Below, in pieces: positions 39,580-52,110 of a stretch of 64,000 nt of DNA. Under the pieces are notes generated by a model that worked only from the letters and a program-made list of their open reading frames with translations, was not told the origin of the DNA and did not search any database. This DNA comes from Octopus bimaculoides (Eukaryota), in assembly GCF_001194135.2 (NCBI RefSeq), contig NC_068982.1:89547767-89611766 (forward strand), in the 5' to 3' direction. The stretch's first letter is position 1, and the number at the start of each line of letters is the position of its first letter. A program made the position numbers and the translations under genes.

Positions 39580-42160
39580 CATCAAATACCTGTAACATCA
39601 CCACCACTGCTTACATCACCAGCTCTACAACCATTGTCATCATCATCATCATCATCACTATCATTGCCAACACTATTACCACAACACATCATCACTATTA
39701 ACACTGTAAGCAGCATCACCATTACTACCATCACTGCTGCCATCCCTGTCAATAACAATGCCACTACTCACACCACTACAATCACATACACTGCTAATAT
39801 CACTACCACTTACTACCACTATTAAGGTGGTGAGCTGACAGAATCATTAGCATGCCAGGTGAAATGATTAGTGGCAGTTCATCTATCTTCACATTTTGGG
39901 TTCAAATTCTGCTGAGGTTGACTTTAGCCTTTCATCATTTCAGGGTCAATAAAATTGGTACCGGTTGAGCTCTGGGATTGGTGTAATCTATTTACCCTGT
40001 CAACCCAAATTGCTGGCTTTGTACCAAAATTTGAAGTCAGTATTACGACCACCACTACTAGAGTGGCAAGCTGGCAGAATTGCTAGGACACTGAGGTTGA
40101 TGTAATCGACTTAAACCCTCCCCTGAAATTGCTAGCCTTGTGCCAAAATTTGAAATCATCAATATTATTACTACTACTATTAGGATGACATTTTATCTGC
40201 CTTCACATTCTGAGTTCAAATCCTGCTGAGGTCGTCTTTTGCCTTCCATTCTTTCAGGTTTGATAAAACAGGTACCAGTTGAGTACTGGGGTGAAGGGGG
40301 GAGGGGGAATGGGGGGGGGCAATGTAAGCAACTTACCTCCTCCCCTGAAGTTGCTGGCCTTGTGCCAAAATTTGAAATGAATATTATGACCACTATCACC
40401 ACCCTTACGCTTAAATCCTCCCCATCGTTAAAGTCATCACTGTTACCACCACAGCTACAATCATTTACACTGTTAATACTATGACTCATACCATCATTGT
40501 TCTTCTTACACCCTCCCACCTCATTACGGTCACTGCTACCATCATCACTAATATTGCCACCACTGCAATCACCACATGCACTACTATAACCAATGCCATT
40601 ATTTCCCTATGCACATGCACACACCATGAACACTGTCGATATGTTTCACCAGTAAGGTGGTGAGCTGGCACAAGCGTTAACATGAAAGGTAAAATGCTTA
40701 GCAGTATTTCGTCCATCTTCACGTTTTGAGTTCAAATTCTGCTGAGGTCAACTTTACCTTTCATCCTTTCAGGGTCAATAAATTAAGAACCGGTTGCATA
40801 CTAGGGTTGATTTAATTGACTGGCTCCTTCCCCCAAAATTTCGGGCCTTGTGCCAAGAGTAGAAAAAAGGTGGTGAGCTGGCAGAAACGTTAGCATGCCA
40901 GGTGAAATGCTTAGTGGTATTTCGTCTGTCTTTATGTTCTGAGTTCAAATTCCGCCAAAGTCGACTTTGCCTTTCATCCTTTCGGGGTCGATAAATTAAG
41001 TACCGGTTGTGTACTGGAGGTCAATCTAATTGACTGACCCCACTCCCCCAAAATTTCGGGCCTTATGCCTAAAGTAGAAAAGAATATTTCTACATAAGGC
41101 AGCAAGCTGCCAGAAACGTTAGCACACTGGGCGAAATGCTTAGTGCTATTTCGTCTGTCTTTACATTCTGAGTTCAAATTCCACTGAGGTTGACTTTGCC
41201 TTTCATCCTTTTGGGATCAATAAATTAAGTACCACTTGCATACTGGGGTCGATCTGATCGACTGGCCTCCTCCCACCAAAAATTTCGGGCCTTGTACCTA
41301 GAGTAAAAAAGAGTATGTTTCACCAGTGTCATCACTCACAATCTACTGCTATTGCTTACATCAGCACTTCTATCTTTGTAAATAATACTGCCACTGTCAA
41401 AACCACCACCACCACCACCACCACCACCATCAGCACCACCATCGACACCAACAGCGCACTTGCTATTACCAGTGCCACCACGATCACTACATCCCTACTG
41501 CCATTATCACCACTACAACCAACACCAACAGTATAGTTAATACTTCCAAAATCACCACCACCACCACTAACATCATCACCACTATGACTGTTACTGTAAC
41601 CACCACCACCACCATCTTTCCCACTATAGTCAATACCAGTGACATCACAACTACCACCTCTACCATCTCTCTCACTATAGTCAATACCAGTGACATCACA
41701 ACCACTGCTTCCACCACCACCACCACCACTGTCTCCCTCATCTTCGCCACTACCACCAACCTGTACAGTTAATATACTATCAATGTCATCACTATCATCC
41801 ACTGTTACCATCACTGTCACTATCTCCACCTCCATCACCAGTCCCCACTGTCACACCACAACTATAACCACTACTGCTACCATCACCAGACAGTCAAGAC
41901 TACTAGTGTCACCACATTACAAACATTATCACTACCAATAACTCATCCACCCCCACCACCACCTTCCATCACCATATCTACTCTTCTATCAAAGCTATTA
42001 GTTGCATTAAATCCAAACATTGCACTCAGACACACCCAACCGCATCAATATGTCAATATGTGTCGCAGGAGATGCATAAGAGCAATAAACCCTGACAAAA
42101 TGTTCCCATAGCAACTACACAGCTATGACCACCACCACCACCACCATTATTACCACAACA
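39580..42160. repeat. (ACC/ATC/ACT)-rich low-complexity tract interleaved with family B SINEs
   Basis: Degenerate trinucleotide repeats giving spurious Thr/Val-rich ORFs. Confidence 0.85.
40654..41313 (+). mobile_element. Head-to-tail trimer of family B SINE
   Basis: Three units of about 215-230 nt (GGTGGTGAGCTGGCAGAAACGTTAGC...GGGCCTTGTGCCTAGAGTAGAAAA) flanked by TATGTTTCACCAGT at 40640-40653 and 41314-41327. Confidence 0.85.
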
Positions 42161-43585
42161 CCATTTCTCTATCACTCCCCCTACTCTTTTTTTCTATCTC
42201 TATCTCTCTCACTCCTCCCCTTTCTCTCCTCCTTTCTTCTCTCTCTCTTGTTCACACTCAGCACAGAAAAAGATCAGTGAACCACACCCTAGCAGTTACA
42301 AGTTTATGCCATAAATCACAAGAATCCATAAAACTGGTACTTAACTTTAATTTCTGCAGCATTAAGAACATGTGAGATAAATATTCTCTCTTGAGCATGA
42401 TACAAGTTTAAATGTTTCCTAAGAGATAAATATATAATCATTCTTATATTATGATGTGAAAGTGAAAGTTGAAGATGTAGTTGTGTGGTTTTTGCTTAGA
42501 TTCTGGGTTCAACCCTTTTGTGTGGTACTTTAAACAGAATGTGTCTATTGTAGCTGTGAATTGACCAATGATTTTTATGAGTGAAATTTGATAGAATGAA
42601 AATTGTGCTGAGGCCCATCATTTAGAATACGCATACTTTGTTGTCTTTTTTTTTTAGCAAAAGGAATTTCTTTATTTTATTAGAACATTTAAATACATAG
42701 AAAGAGGAAAGAAGATAGAGATAAAAAAGAAGAGGAAAAAAGCGGGAGAATAAAACAGGGGAAGATGGAGGGGATGGGGGTGATAGGCCACATATCTCGG
42801 AACAAGTGATGTGCTCAGCTGCACCCCACAGTAATTCCCACAATGGTGTTACTGTGGAAACTGGTCAGTGACACTTGCTGCAGCAGCCACTCCACCTAAT
42901 GGGACTCATTTCTCCGTCAAGCCATCATTATCCCTATTTTTCAGAAGAAATTGACTCTACAGGGTCCTAAAATACTCGATTACTCAACAGCAACTGGCAC
43001 AAACTGATAGCAGCCACCCAGACCCCTGTAGGTATACAAGTTTGCTGTCCTTATAAGGAGTGACTAAAAGGGTTGACATTGGAATAGTATCTCACTGTAA
43101 AACACTGGTTCAAAATCTTCCATCTGGCCCAAACAAACCGGCTTAGAAAAGTGGATATAAAAATGATGATATGGCTATAGGTGCAGACGTGATTATGTAA
43201 TTAAAACATTTCCTTCCTAACTACATGATTTCAAATTTAGTCCTATTGCATGGCACCTTAAGCAAGTGTTTCCTAATATAGCCTTGTGAGTGGATCTGTT
43301 ATGTGGAAATTGAAAAAGTTTGTTGTGTGTGTGTGTGTTCATTTATTTGTTTATGTATTTTTGTGCTTCCTTGTCTTGATAGCATGTGACAGTCATACAA
43401 GTGGTGTCATTTGCTTCTAGCCATCTCTGAAAGCATGTCCAGACAAGCGGAAATATTATGTTGCTTGGAAACAAATGCGGATCAGTGACAGGATGAGCAT
43501 CCATCTGCAGAAAATCTGCCTCAGCTGAGTGCCTCTGAATTATGCAAGCTTGGAAATGTGGATGCTAAATCCATGATTATGATGG

Positions 43586-43626
<41 letters not shown>

Positions 43627-44680
43627 GTATATACCTAGGTATATATATAATCATCATTTTACATACATCTTCAGTGTTGATATGAGTCAGACAGTTTAAA
43701 AGGTTCTAATAAGTTAGAGGTCTGTGTCATGTTCCAATGTGTCCTTTGGTATGGTTTCATGGTTTCTACTATTGGATACCTTTCCTAATGCCTACCACTT
43801 TACAGAGGTTAGTGGATGCATTTTTGTGGCACCAACTCTAGTGAAGTTGCCATATAACTTGCAAAGCCATATATTTGTATACATGCATGCGTATACAAGT
43901 TTTATGTTCATTAATGTTTTGATTTTCAGTTAAGAAAAGTAACTTAGCTTTTAGTTAGAAATTGATAAAATAACTTTTGAAATTGTATGTATTTGGCTTG
44001 TGTCTAAATACATGACAGTCGACATCTCCAAAATATTCAAAAGCCATCCTCATGAAAAAGAAAAAAATATCTTAGCAATGACTACTATTAACAATAAGTA
44101 GCACTCCATTGGTAATAACAATGAGGCTTCTTGTTGATCCGATCAATGGAACAGCTTGCTCATGAAATTAAGGTGCAAGCAGCTGAGCACACCATATGCA
44201 TGTGTCCCCTTAATGTAGTTTTCAAGGAGATTCAGTGTGACACAGAATGTGAAAAGGCTGGCCCTTTAAAATATAAGTATTACTCATCTTTGCCAGCTGA
44301 GTGGACTGGAGCAATGTGAAATAAAGTATCTTGTTTAAGGGCACAATGAAATGTCTGGAATTGAACTCACGACCTTACAGCACAAGCTGAATACCCTAAC
44401 CACAAAACCACACACCTTCACTATTAACAATAATTATTTCTAAATTAGACAGAAAGCCATAAATTTGAGGGGGACTTAGTTATTTTAATCAGCTTCGATA
44501 CATGACTGGTATCCTGTTTTGTTGGACTTCAAAGGATAAAAGGCTGAGATGCCCTTGGCAGGACTTGGCCTCTGAGCATAAAGAACTGGAACAAATACTG
44601 CTAGGCATTTTATCCAACGTTCTAAAAATTCTACCAAATCCATTATCCTACTAATGAGAATGTTAACAATAATAAAATAA

Positions 44681-44715
<35 letters not shown>

Positions 44716-44778
44716 TAATTAGATTGGGGTAGAGAAAGGAAGTGAAAGGAAACAGGAAAATTGAATCTGTGAATCAGA

Positions 44779-44779
<1 letters not shown>

Positions 44780-44825
<46 letters not shown>
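44780..44825 (+). repeat. Poly(A) run of about 46 nt (poly-U on the gene strand) near (CA)n
   Basis: Seen directly. Confidence 0.9.
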
Positions 44826-44828
<3 letters not shown>

Positions 44829-45608
44829 CAGGTCCAATTTAAAAAAATAAGTAAATTCACTCATACACAAAAGGACAGCTAGGAAAAAATATATGAGAAT
44901 TACTTTATGTATTAGTTAATTATTTACCTGTTTAAAGAAGAATATAGCTAAGAAAAACGGAAGAGAAAAATTTTAAAAGGGAAAGAGAAAGACAGGAAAG
45001 ACTGAAATATCTGAAGTTTATAAAAACTCACTAGAAACAATTTTGAACTGATGTAATGGAAATGTATCAATGAGCAGGTCTCAGAAGTGCAATGAAACTT
45101 TTTGATACTTCATAACAGACTGTACTATTAAGAAGAAATAAAAATTGAAGATAATAGTGTTCATGTTTTGCTAAATGGTTAAAATGATTCCAGTCTTCTA
45201 CATGGTAAAACAAGTACCAGATAGAAAATAATAGCAAGGGTTGAATGATCACCTAAATACTCTTGAAGGTGGTGATCCAGAATGGTCACAGTCCAGTGAC
45301 TGAAACTAGTGAAAAAATAAAAGAATAGTTTTTCATTCTAATATTGCAAATCACCAAGCAATTTTCTGGTGTCCATTTTAGTTTGCTGTTAAATCTTTCT
45401 AAGTCTATCTAATTTATTGCTTTGCTGCTCTCAAGTGACTTGGACAAAGAATGTTTTAATGTTTTGAAGATATTCAGGTGCAGAATATTAAAAACTATTG
45501 GATGCAAACTCAAAACTCTTCAACAGAAAGGCAACGTCTTTTCAGTTTTCTCCTTTAGTTTGTTCAGAAAATAACTTAACATTCATAACTCACAAGATGA
45601 AAGTGTAA

Positions 45609-45828
45609 CCCTTTTGTTACAATATTTCTGTTAAGATGCTCTGTGTTTTGTTTAATTAATTTTAAATATTACAAAGAATTTAGTGAAAAAAACTTAGTTA
45701 TCATTATGCTAGTGTTAAGAACATAAATTGTGACTGTTTGGTGGAAGATTTTAATTCGGAACTTTTGAAAATAAGACATTTGTACAATAGAGCCAGAAGC
45801 AGTTTCAGGTGGGTTGGTATCAAAAGGG
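45609..45828. mobile_element. piggyBac-like MITE
   Basis: TIRs CCCTTTTGTTAC and GTATCAAAAGGG (one mismatch); right flank TTAA, left flank GTAA. A related decayed copy lies near 54570-54780. Confidence 0.7.
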
Positions 45829-46066
45829 TTAAATTGTTTTTAGGTTTCATACATCAGGTTGATTTGATAGAAAAACATTTTAGATAGGAAATGTTGTGTG
45901 CATATATGAAGTCCTGTGGTTGTACTGACACTTAACTAAGATTTGGTTGGTACAACAGTAAATTCCAGAGAGATTAGTGATGCTTGTATTGACAAATAAT
46001 GTTTGGTTAGTTGAACGTCTTGACCAAAGACACAGAGTAATGCCTGTTATATAATATGATCTCTCA

Positions 46067-46250
46067 TAAGGGGGTGCTGAAAGGTTCCTGACTTTGGGTA
46101 AGAGAAAATACAGGAGGATCAGTTAATTATGATTTTATTCAACATATACCCCTCTCAAATTCACACACTTATTGTAATAGTCCTTCAGTTTTTCGAAGCC
46201 CTGTAAAAGAACTCAGAAGGTTGAACCTCCAGCCAGGCCTTTCCAGCAAC
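46067..46250 (+). mobile_element. Probable mariner-type non-autonomous element end
   Basis: AGGGGGTGCTGAAAGGTTCC resembles (TA)CGAGGG-type mariner TIRs; no partner TIR found. Confidence 0.4.
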
Positions 46251-48778
46251 TTTTCAGTATCCCCTCGCAAGCAAATTATTTCCCTTTTGTTATTTTTCAC
46301 TTGGAAGTTGATATTTCAAACATTGCAACCTTTTTTAGGAAAAATGCTTCAAGTAAAAACTGAAATTCTTCTATAAAGCCACTCACAGATACTCTCTTCT
46401 GGCTTGTTAGCATATTAACATCTCTCTGCTTTTTATACTGCTACTATAATAGAATTTGCTCCTTAGAGCTACCTGGATTTGCACCACCTCCACTTGAGTG
46501 TTTCTGTCCCACTTGCTACTCCTTCTGTCATATCAACCTTGCTGTTTTCAATCCACCAGGCTCTGCACTTATCATTAAACCCAATCCTTCCTCCTCAGAT
46601 ATACCCTCTTTGGAATTCCTTGCTCATGTACTTTCTATAGGTGTTGACTTACAAGGGCTCAAGAAGCACTTTAGTAGCATCAGTATTACTGGTTCAGGTG
46701 GGCCTATACAGACTTAGTTACAGTTCCAACCTCCAGACCATCATCCCTATCATCATTTTAACATCTACTTTTCCATGCTTGCATGGGTTGGAACAGTATT
46801 TGCTGAGGTAAACTTTTTATGTCTAGATGCCTTTCTTGTTACAAACACTTTTTCCCAAGTAAAGTAATATTTTCCCATGGCCAGACATGTTTGCACAGAA
46901 GATTATACATAAAGAACACTTCTTGTATGGCAGTAACCGGTGACACCCATTTACAACTATCATGCGATATCAAGACAAAAAGACACTAATATATAGGCAT
47001 ACACACACAAACACACAAACGCACACACACACCAAACAAATATAAAGAAATCTCCATGTTGGATGCAGTTTTAAATTTAGTGATGCAGCTGACCTTATGT
47101 ATATAGATCAAGACAACTGGCTAGTGCTAAATGTATAACATTATGGAGCACAGGGTCACTACCATAGCATGTGGAGGTTATTGGTACTGATATATGAGGG
47201 AGGTCATGATTACTATTGTAATATGCAAACTAAAGTGTAGTTACTGCCACATACTCATGAATGTAAGTTCATTCTTGTAATTCCTGGACAGGACAGCATG
47301 TTGTGTCCTTAAGCAAAGTATATAGTTTCACATTGCTCCAGTTCATAGTACTGAAAATGAGTACCAGCTGAGTACTGGTGCAGCTTTGCTACCATTTTAT
47401 TTGGGGTTTGATTTCACGAGAGGCATTTGGAACAAGTAACTTCCACTATAGCCTCAGGCTGACCAAATCTTCTGTAAATTGAAGTTAGAGAGAAACTAGA
47501 AGGAAGCCCATCATGCACATTCCTCTCCCCATGCCTGTACCATTCCTTCAGTGTTCTGCTTAGTCATAACCAGAAATGACTGATGAAAGTAGCATTAATT
47601 TTCTAGGTTATTCAATCTTTCCCAACCAATCAATGAGCTAATTGGGTAAACCTATCAATAATGAACCTATAATGGCTACTGGAAACAGCTGTAAGTTGAA
47701 TTTACTACAATAAAGAAAAATATGTAATGACCATTAGTTATACCTTGTCTTAAATATATATATATATATATATGTTCTCCACCACTCCTCAACAATTAGT
47801 GTTGGTGTGTTTACATCCTTATAATTTAGCTGTTCAGAATAAGAGATCGATAGAAGTACCAGGAAAAATACAAAAGTAAGTACTGGGGTCGATTTGTTAG
47901 ACTAAAATAAATTGTTCAAGGTGGTGCCCCAGCTTGGTCACAGTCTAATGACTGAAGTTAGTAAAAGATAAAAGATATGTGTGTATGCTTTGATTCTGCA
48001 AGACTTCACAAAAACAGTTGAGTTAAAATATTACTATACTTTTCATTCTCAAGTAAACAAAAGTCCCCTAGTGTCATGGACCTTGTTGGTTTTGACATGT
48101 CAAGACTAATGGAATGAAACTACCTTATTGGTGTAAAACATTTAATAGTTAGCAACAAGAAGAGCATCCAGCTACAGAAAATCTGCATCAATAAATTTCA
48201 TCTATCTCATGCCAGTGTGAAGAAAAAGAAAACATAAAAGTGATGAGGAAGATGACAATGATTTATATATCTGTGTGTGTGTGTGTGTGTGTGTGTGTAT
48301 TTCACAATGGTATTTTTCATACGCAATGTGATGCCAGAAATCTTCAGAGAAAATGATTTATCAAGAACCACTTAGCCAAAAATAAATGTAATTTGGATTT
48401 CTAGATTCTAAAATTTTAGAAATTAATTTTACTCAAGATAAATTACTGTTATAACAGTTGCATTATTGTCAAGTTACAAACTGAAAACATGGAGAAAGTT
48501 GTTTTTTTGTCCACTTGTTAAAATGTTGAGTAGCATAACTTTGGTTTTTAAAATAATACAAGGCCTTGTCACTAGGACGTTTGGAAAACAAGACCTTTAA
48601 GTTTATAAGCTTACTTTTTCATGTTTTAAATAGCAAAGTGTTGTGGCTTCTTATGATTTTTTTTTCCTACAAGAATTTGACTATTGTTATTGTTTGAATC
48701 AAAATACTTATAGTATAAATACACAATATCATTGAATCCATTCAGAGATGTAAAAACTTATATATATATGTATATGTA

Positions 48779-49010
48779 TCATCATCATCATCGTCGTTTA
48801 ACGTCCGCTTTTCATGCTAGTATGGGTTGGACGATTTGACTGAGGATGGGTGGACCAGGAGGCGACACCAGGCTCCAATCTGATTTGGCAGAGTTTCTAC
48901 AGCTGGATGCCCTTCCTAACGCCAACCACTTCGAGAGTGTAGTGGGTGCTTTTATGTGCCACCGGCACGAGGGCCAGTCAGGCGGTACTGGCGACGGCAA
49001 TGCTCGAAAT
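48779..49010 (-). mobile_element. Family D SINE-like repeat, CpG-retaining copy
   Basis: Reverse complement is about 90% identical by eye to 23994-24215. Confidence 0.8.
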
Positions 49011-49819
49011 GGTGTATTTTACATGTCACCTGCACAGGAGCCAGTCCATCAGTACCACCATCATTTAACATCTATGTTCCATATAGTCATGGATTGGTTC
49101 TGATGTACCCAAGAGTTGCATCGTACTCAAATGTCTGCTTTAGCACAGTTTCTGAAGCTAGATGCCTTTTCTAACACCAATCACTTTACAACATGGACTG
49201 GGTGCTTTCTTGTTCCACCTGAAGTCACCAAACAGTTTGCAGAACTTTGAACCCACACTGGGCCGAGCATCTTTATGCTAGGGGAGGAGAGGAATGCTAG
49301 GGAAAATGGGGGACAGGGCAAGTTCTTGTAGAGGGATCTGCATGTTTACTCACATCTAGTAGGGAAAAGGGGAACAGAGAAAGATAAAATGATAATTAGG
49401 AGCTGCAAGAGATAGATAATGGTGATGAAGTGCCCAGGTGACCTTATAAGGCACAAGCTGAGTAGATGTGAATGAGTGGGTGCTTGGTCTGCAAGATTGT
49501 ATTGGAAAGAGAATGAGGTGATAGGGGGTTGACCCAAAATAGTTAGGGTTGAAGGGTCAATGAACAAAGAACGTGCTGAGAAAGACAGAGGGATGCAGAA
49601 GAAACAGTATGGTGGCACAAGTGGCAGGAGTACTAAGATGATACATGAGTACTAAGAGTAGAGGACAAGAGAGGGAGATGACATGGTTTGGTAGTCTGTA
49701 GGAGCTGTGGATGGAGAGAGAGAGAGTCATTGTAACATGGGTGGAGAGCAGGAAGCATAGCACTTCCAGAACTCAATTTTGCTGTGGAGGATGAGTCTTT
49801 TCAAGAACCTCATATCGCC

Positions 49820-50200
49820 AGAGATTCCAGTCTTTAGTCATCTCTACCATCAGATTCAGGTTTCTGAGGTCAACCTTCCCACTTCATCCTATGTCTTTCT
49901 GGGTCTCCCTCTTCTGCAGGTTCCAACCACATTAAATGATTGGCACTTTTTTATGCATCTGTCCTCATCCATATGCATCACATGTCCACATCAATGCAGT
50001 CTTCTCTCTTGAATGCAAACCCTGATTCCTCTTATGCCAAGTTTTTCATTCATCACCTTTGTACTAATTCTTTCATGCACACTCACATTAGATATCCAAG
50101 AGAGTATATTTGTTTTATTTCTTTCAAGTTTTCTCAAGAAGATATCAGTGCCCCAAGTGTGATATGAACTCACAACCTCTGCATTTCTCATGCATGACTC
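49820..50200 (-). mobile_element. Decayed RTE LINE 3' fragment
   Basis: LERNKTNILSWISNVSVHERISTKVMNEKLGIRGIRVCIQERRLH*CGHVMHMDEDRCIKKC...GRPRKT. Confidence 0.82.
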
Positions 50201-50564
50201 AAACAGTGACTTACATGTTTTTAAAAGCCTGCTTTAGTAATTGTAGCTTTTGGTTCAAACTGAGCTGGGAGTTGTTGTTTAACTCTATGTGAGCTCTCAA
50301 CCAGTGGCCTTGTAACCAAAGTCATTCCAGCTATAACCTACCATGCACTTGTATTTCAAGGACTTCATTGTCCAATGTATACATTTGGTTGTTAAAGTGT
50401 GATTTTAGCAATATTTCACTAATACTTTAGCAAGTAAATTGACAACTGCATGTTGGCCCCCTTATTTGCCTGCATCCCTAGAGTAATGTGCATGTGTGTG
50501 TGTGTGTACATGCACACACACACGTCCATATATTGGATGGATTGGCAGTCTTTAAAGGTGTAGG

Positions 50565-50796
50565 ATAACCTTTTTGTTATGACTCTGAAATGATGAAAAG
50601 TTGTCTGTAGCTGAGTTAGAACAACTCTGCAGAGTCAGAAAAAATACTACAAAACATCACAAGACACTCTCTCATAAAGAAAAAGAGATTGTCTTGTGAT
50701 GTTTTGTAGTATTTTTCCTAACTCCACAGAGTTGTTCTAATTCTGCTACAGACAGCTTTAACTTTTCATCATTTCAGAGACATGACAAAAAGGTAT
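50565..50796. repeat. Fold-back (inverted repeat) of about 230 nt
   Basis: Arms of about 110 nt (CTCTGAAATGATGAAAAGTT...TACTACAAAACATCACAAGACA versus its reverse complement) with a loop of about 11 nt. Confidence 0.85.
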
Positions 50797-51009
50797 CAAT
50801 CCAGTACTGTGGATTGCAGCAGAACGGTTAGAGGGAGTCAGGCAGGGTATCTCATGGTATCTGTTCTAGTTTTATGCATTCTGAGAGTAGCACCTGCAAT
50901 GATGCTGGTGCCAAACAGTATTGGCAAAAGTTAGTGAACTTTCCTTTGGATAAACATTATTGGCATGTAAAGGAGAGATTTACGACAGAGATTTCCTCAA
51001 AAAATTTTT

Positions 51010-51403
51010 GCCTATGGCTGTGTGGTTAAAAAGCTTGCTTTGCAACCATGTGGTTTGGAGGTTCAGTCCCACTGCATAGCACTTAGGGAAAGTGTCTTCT
51101 ACTTTGGTTCCTGGTGAGCTGGTGTCTTGTGAGTGAGTTTGGTGGACGAAATCTGTGTGTGTGTGTGTGTGTGTGTGTGAGAGTGCATGTATGTGTATCT
51201 TTGCATTTGTTCCTTCCACCCCTCACTACTTGACAGTTGGTGTTGGTTTGTTTACCCATAACATAGCAGTGTGGCAAAATAGATTGACAGAATAAGTGTG
51301 AGACTTTAGAAAAATGAATACTGGAGACAATTTGTTCAACGAAACCCTTCAAAGTGGTGCCCCAGTATGGCCGCAGTCCAATGACTGAAACAAATAAAGG
51401 ATA
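51010..51403 (+). mobile_element. Family A SINE
   Basis: Head, (GT)n centre and tail GGTGCCCCAGTATGGCCGCAGTCCAATGACTGAAAC. Confidence 0.78.
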
Positions 51404-51673
51404 ACAGAAACAGGTTGGTACATGGTCATCATTGACCGACAGGATTCAACACACACACACACACACACACACATGCATGCACACACCCACACACGAATAG
51501 GGAATGTGATGAAATGTACCAAAGACTAGTTTCAGATGCAAACAAAGTTAATTACAATAAACACAAAAGATGAGGTTAAAATTGTATGAATTAAAATTTG
51601 TCCTGAAATGTCTTTAAGGGAATAAAAATCTTATTGAAAAAGTGAGTACAGTAACACAACAGTAATAAAAGTT

Positions 51674-51679
51674 ACTTGC
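51674..51679 (-). other. Non-canonical GC 5' splice site (G|GCAAGT)
   Basis: Gives the phase 1 junction required by the 18891 exon; +3 to +6 match the AAGT consensus. Confidence 0.65.
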
Positions 51680-51788
51680 CATCAGCAACATCATCATCTT
51701 CATCATCATCTTCATCGTCATCCTCTTCAAAATTAATTGAAGCACTTTCAGAAGAGATCATACTGCTTGTTCGAGAATGGGTACAAAC
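51680..51788 (-). CDS. PLCE1: PLC epsilon exon, acidic X-Y linker
   Basis: Acceptor tttctatgacag, phase 0 start matching the upstream exon, 109 nt. Translates VCTHSRTSSMISSESASINFEEDDDEDDDEDDDVAD+G. An acidic tract is expected in the PLC X-Y linker. Ends at G|GCAAGT (GC donor, phase 1). Confidence 0.85.
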
Positions 51789-52038
51789 CTGTCATAGAAA
51801 TGTTATTTGTATGAGGAAAATTTATAGTACACACACATACATAGTTAAACCGTCAAGGAAAGCAGGGGAGGGTATTCTGAAATATAAATTGACTAAAATT
51901 TAAATGGAAATATGCTGTGTCACTGGTTATCTGATTTTGGGTAAGGAAATGAAAACCAATTTGTAATAAGTTTATATGAATAATTCACAATGAAGTACAA
52001 ATATGAATATCAAAATAACAATCAATAAGGCAAAATTA

Positions 52039-52071
<33 letters not shown>

Positions 52072-52110
52072 CATGCATGTCTGTATGTAAGTGTGAATAT
52101 ATATATATAT

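Noticed and set aside
41356-41941. Thr/Val/Gly-rich ORFs resembling mucin-like proteins
   Set aside because: Translations of degenerate (ACC)n low-complexity DNA, with no splice or domain support.
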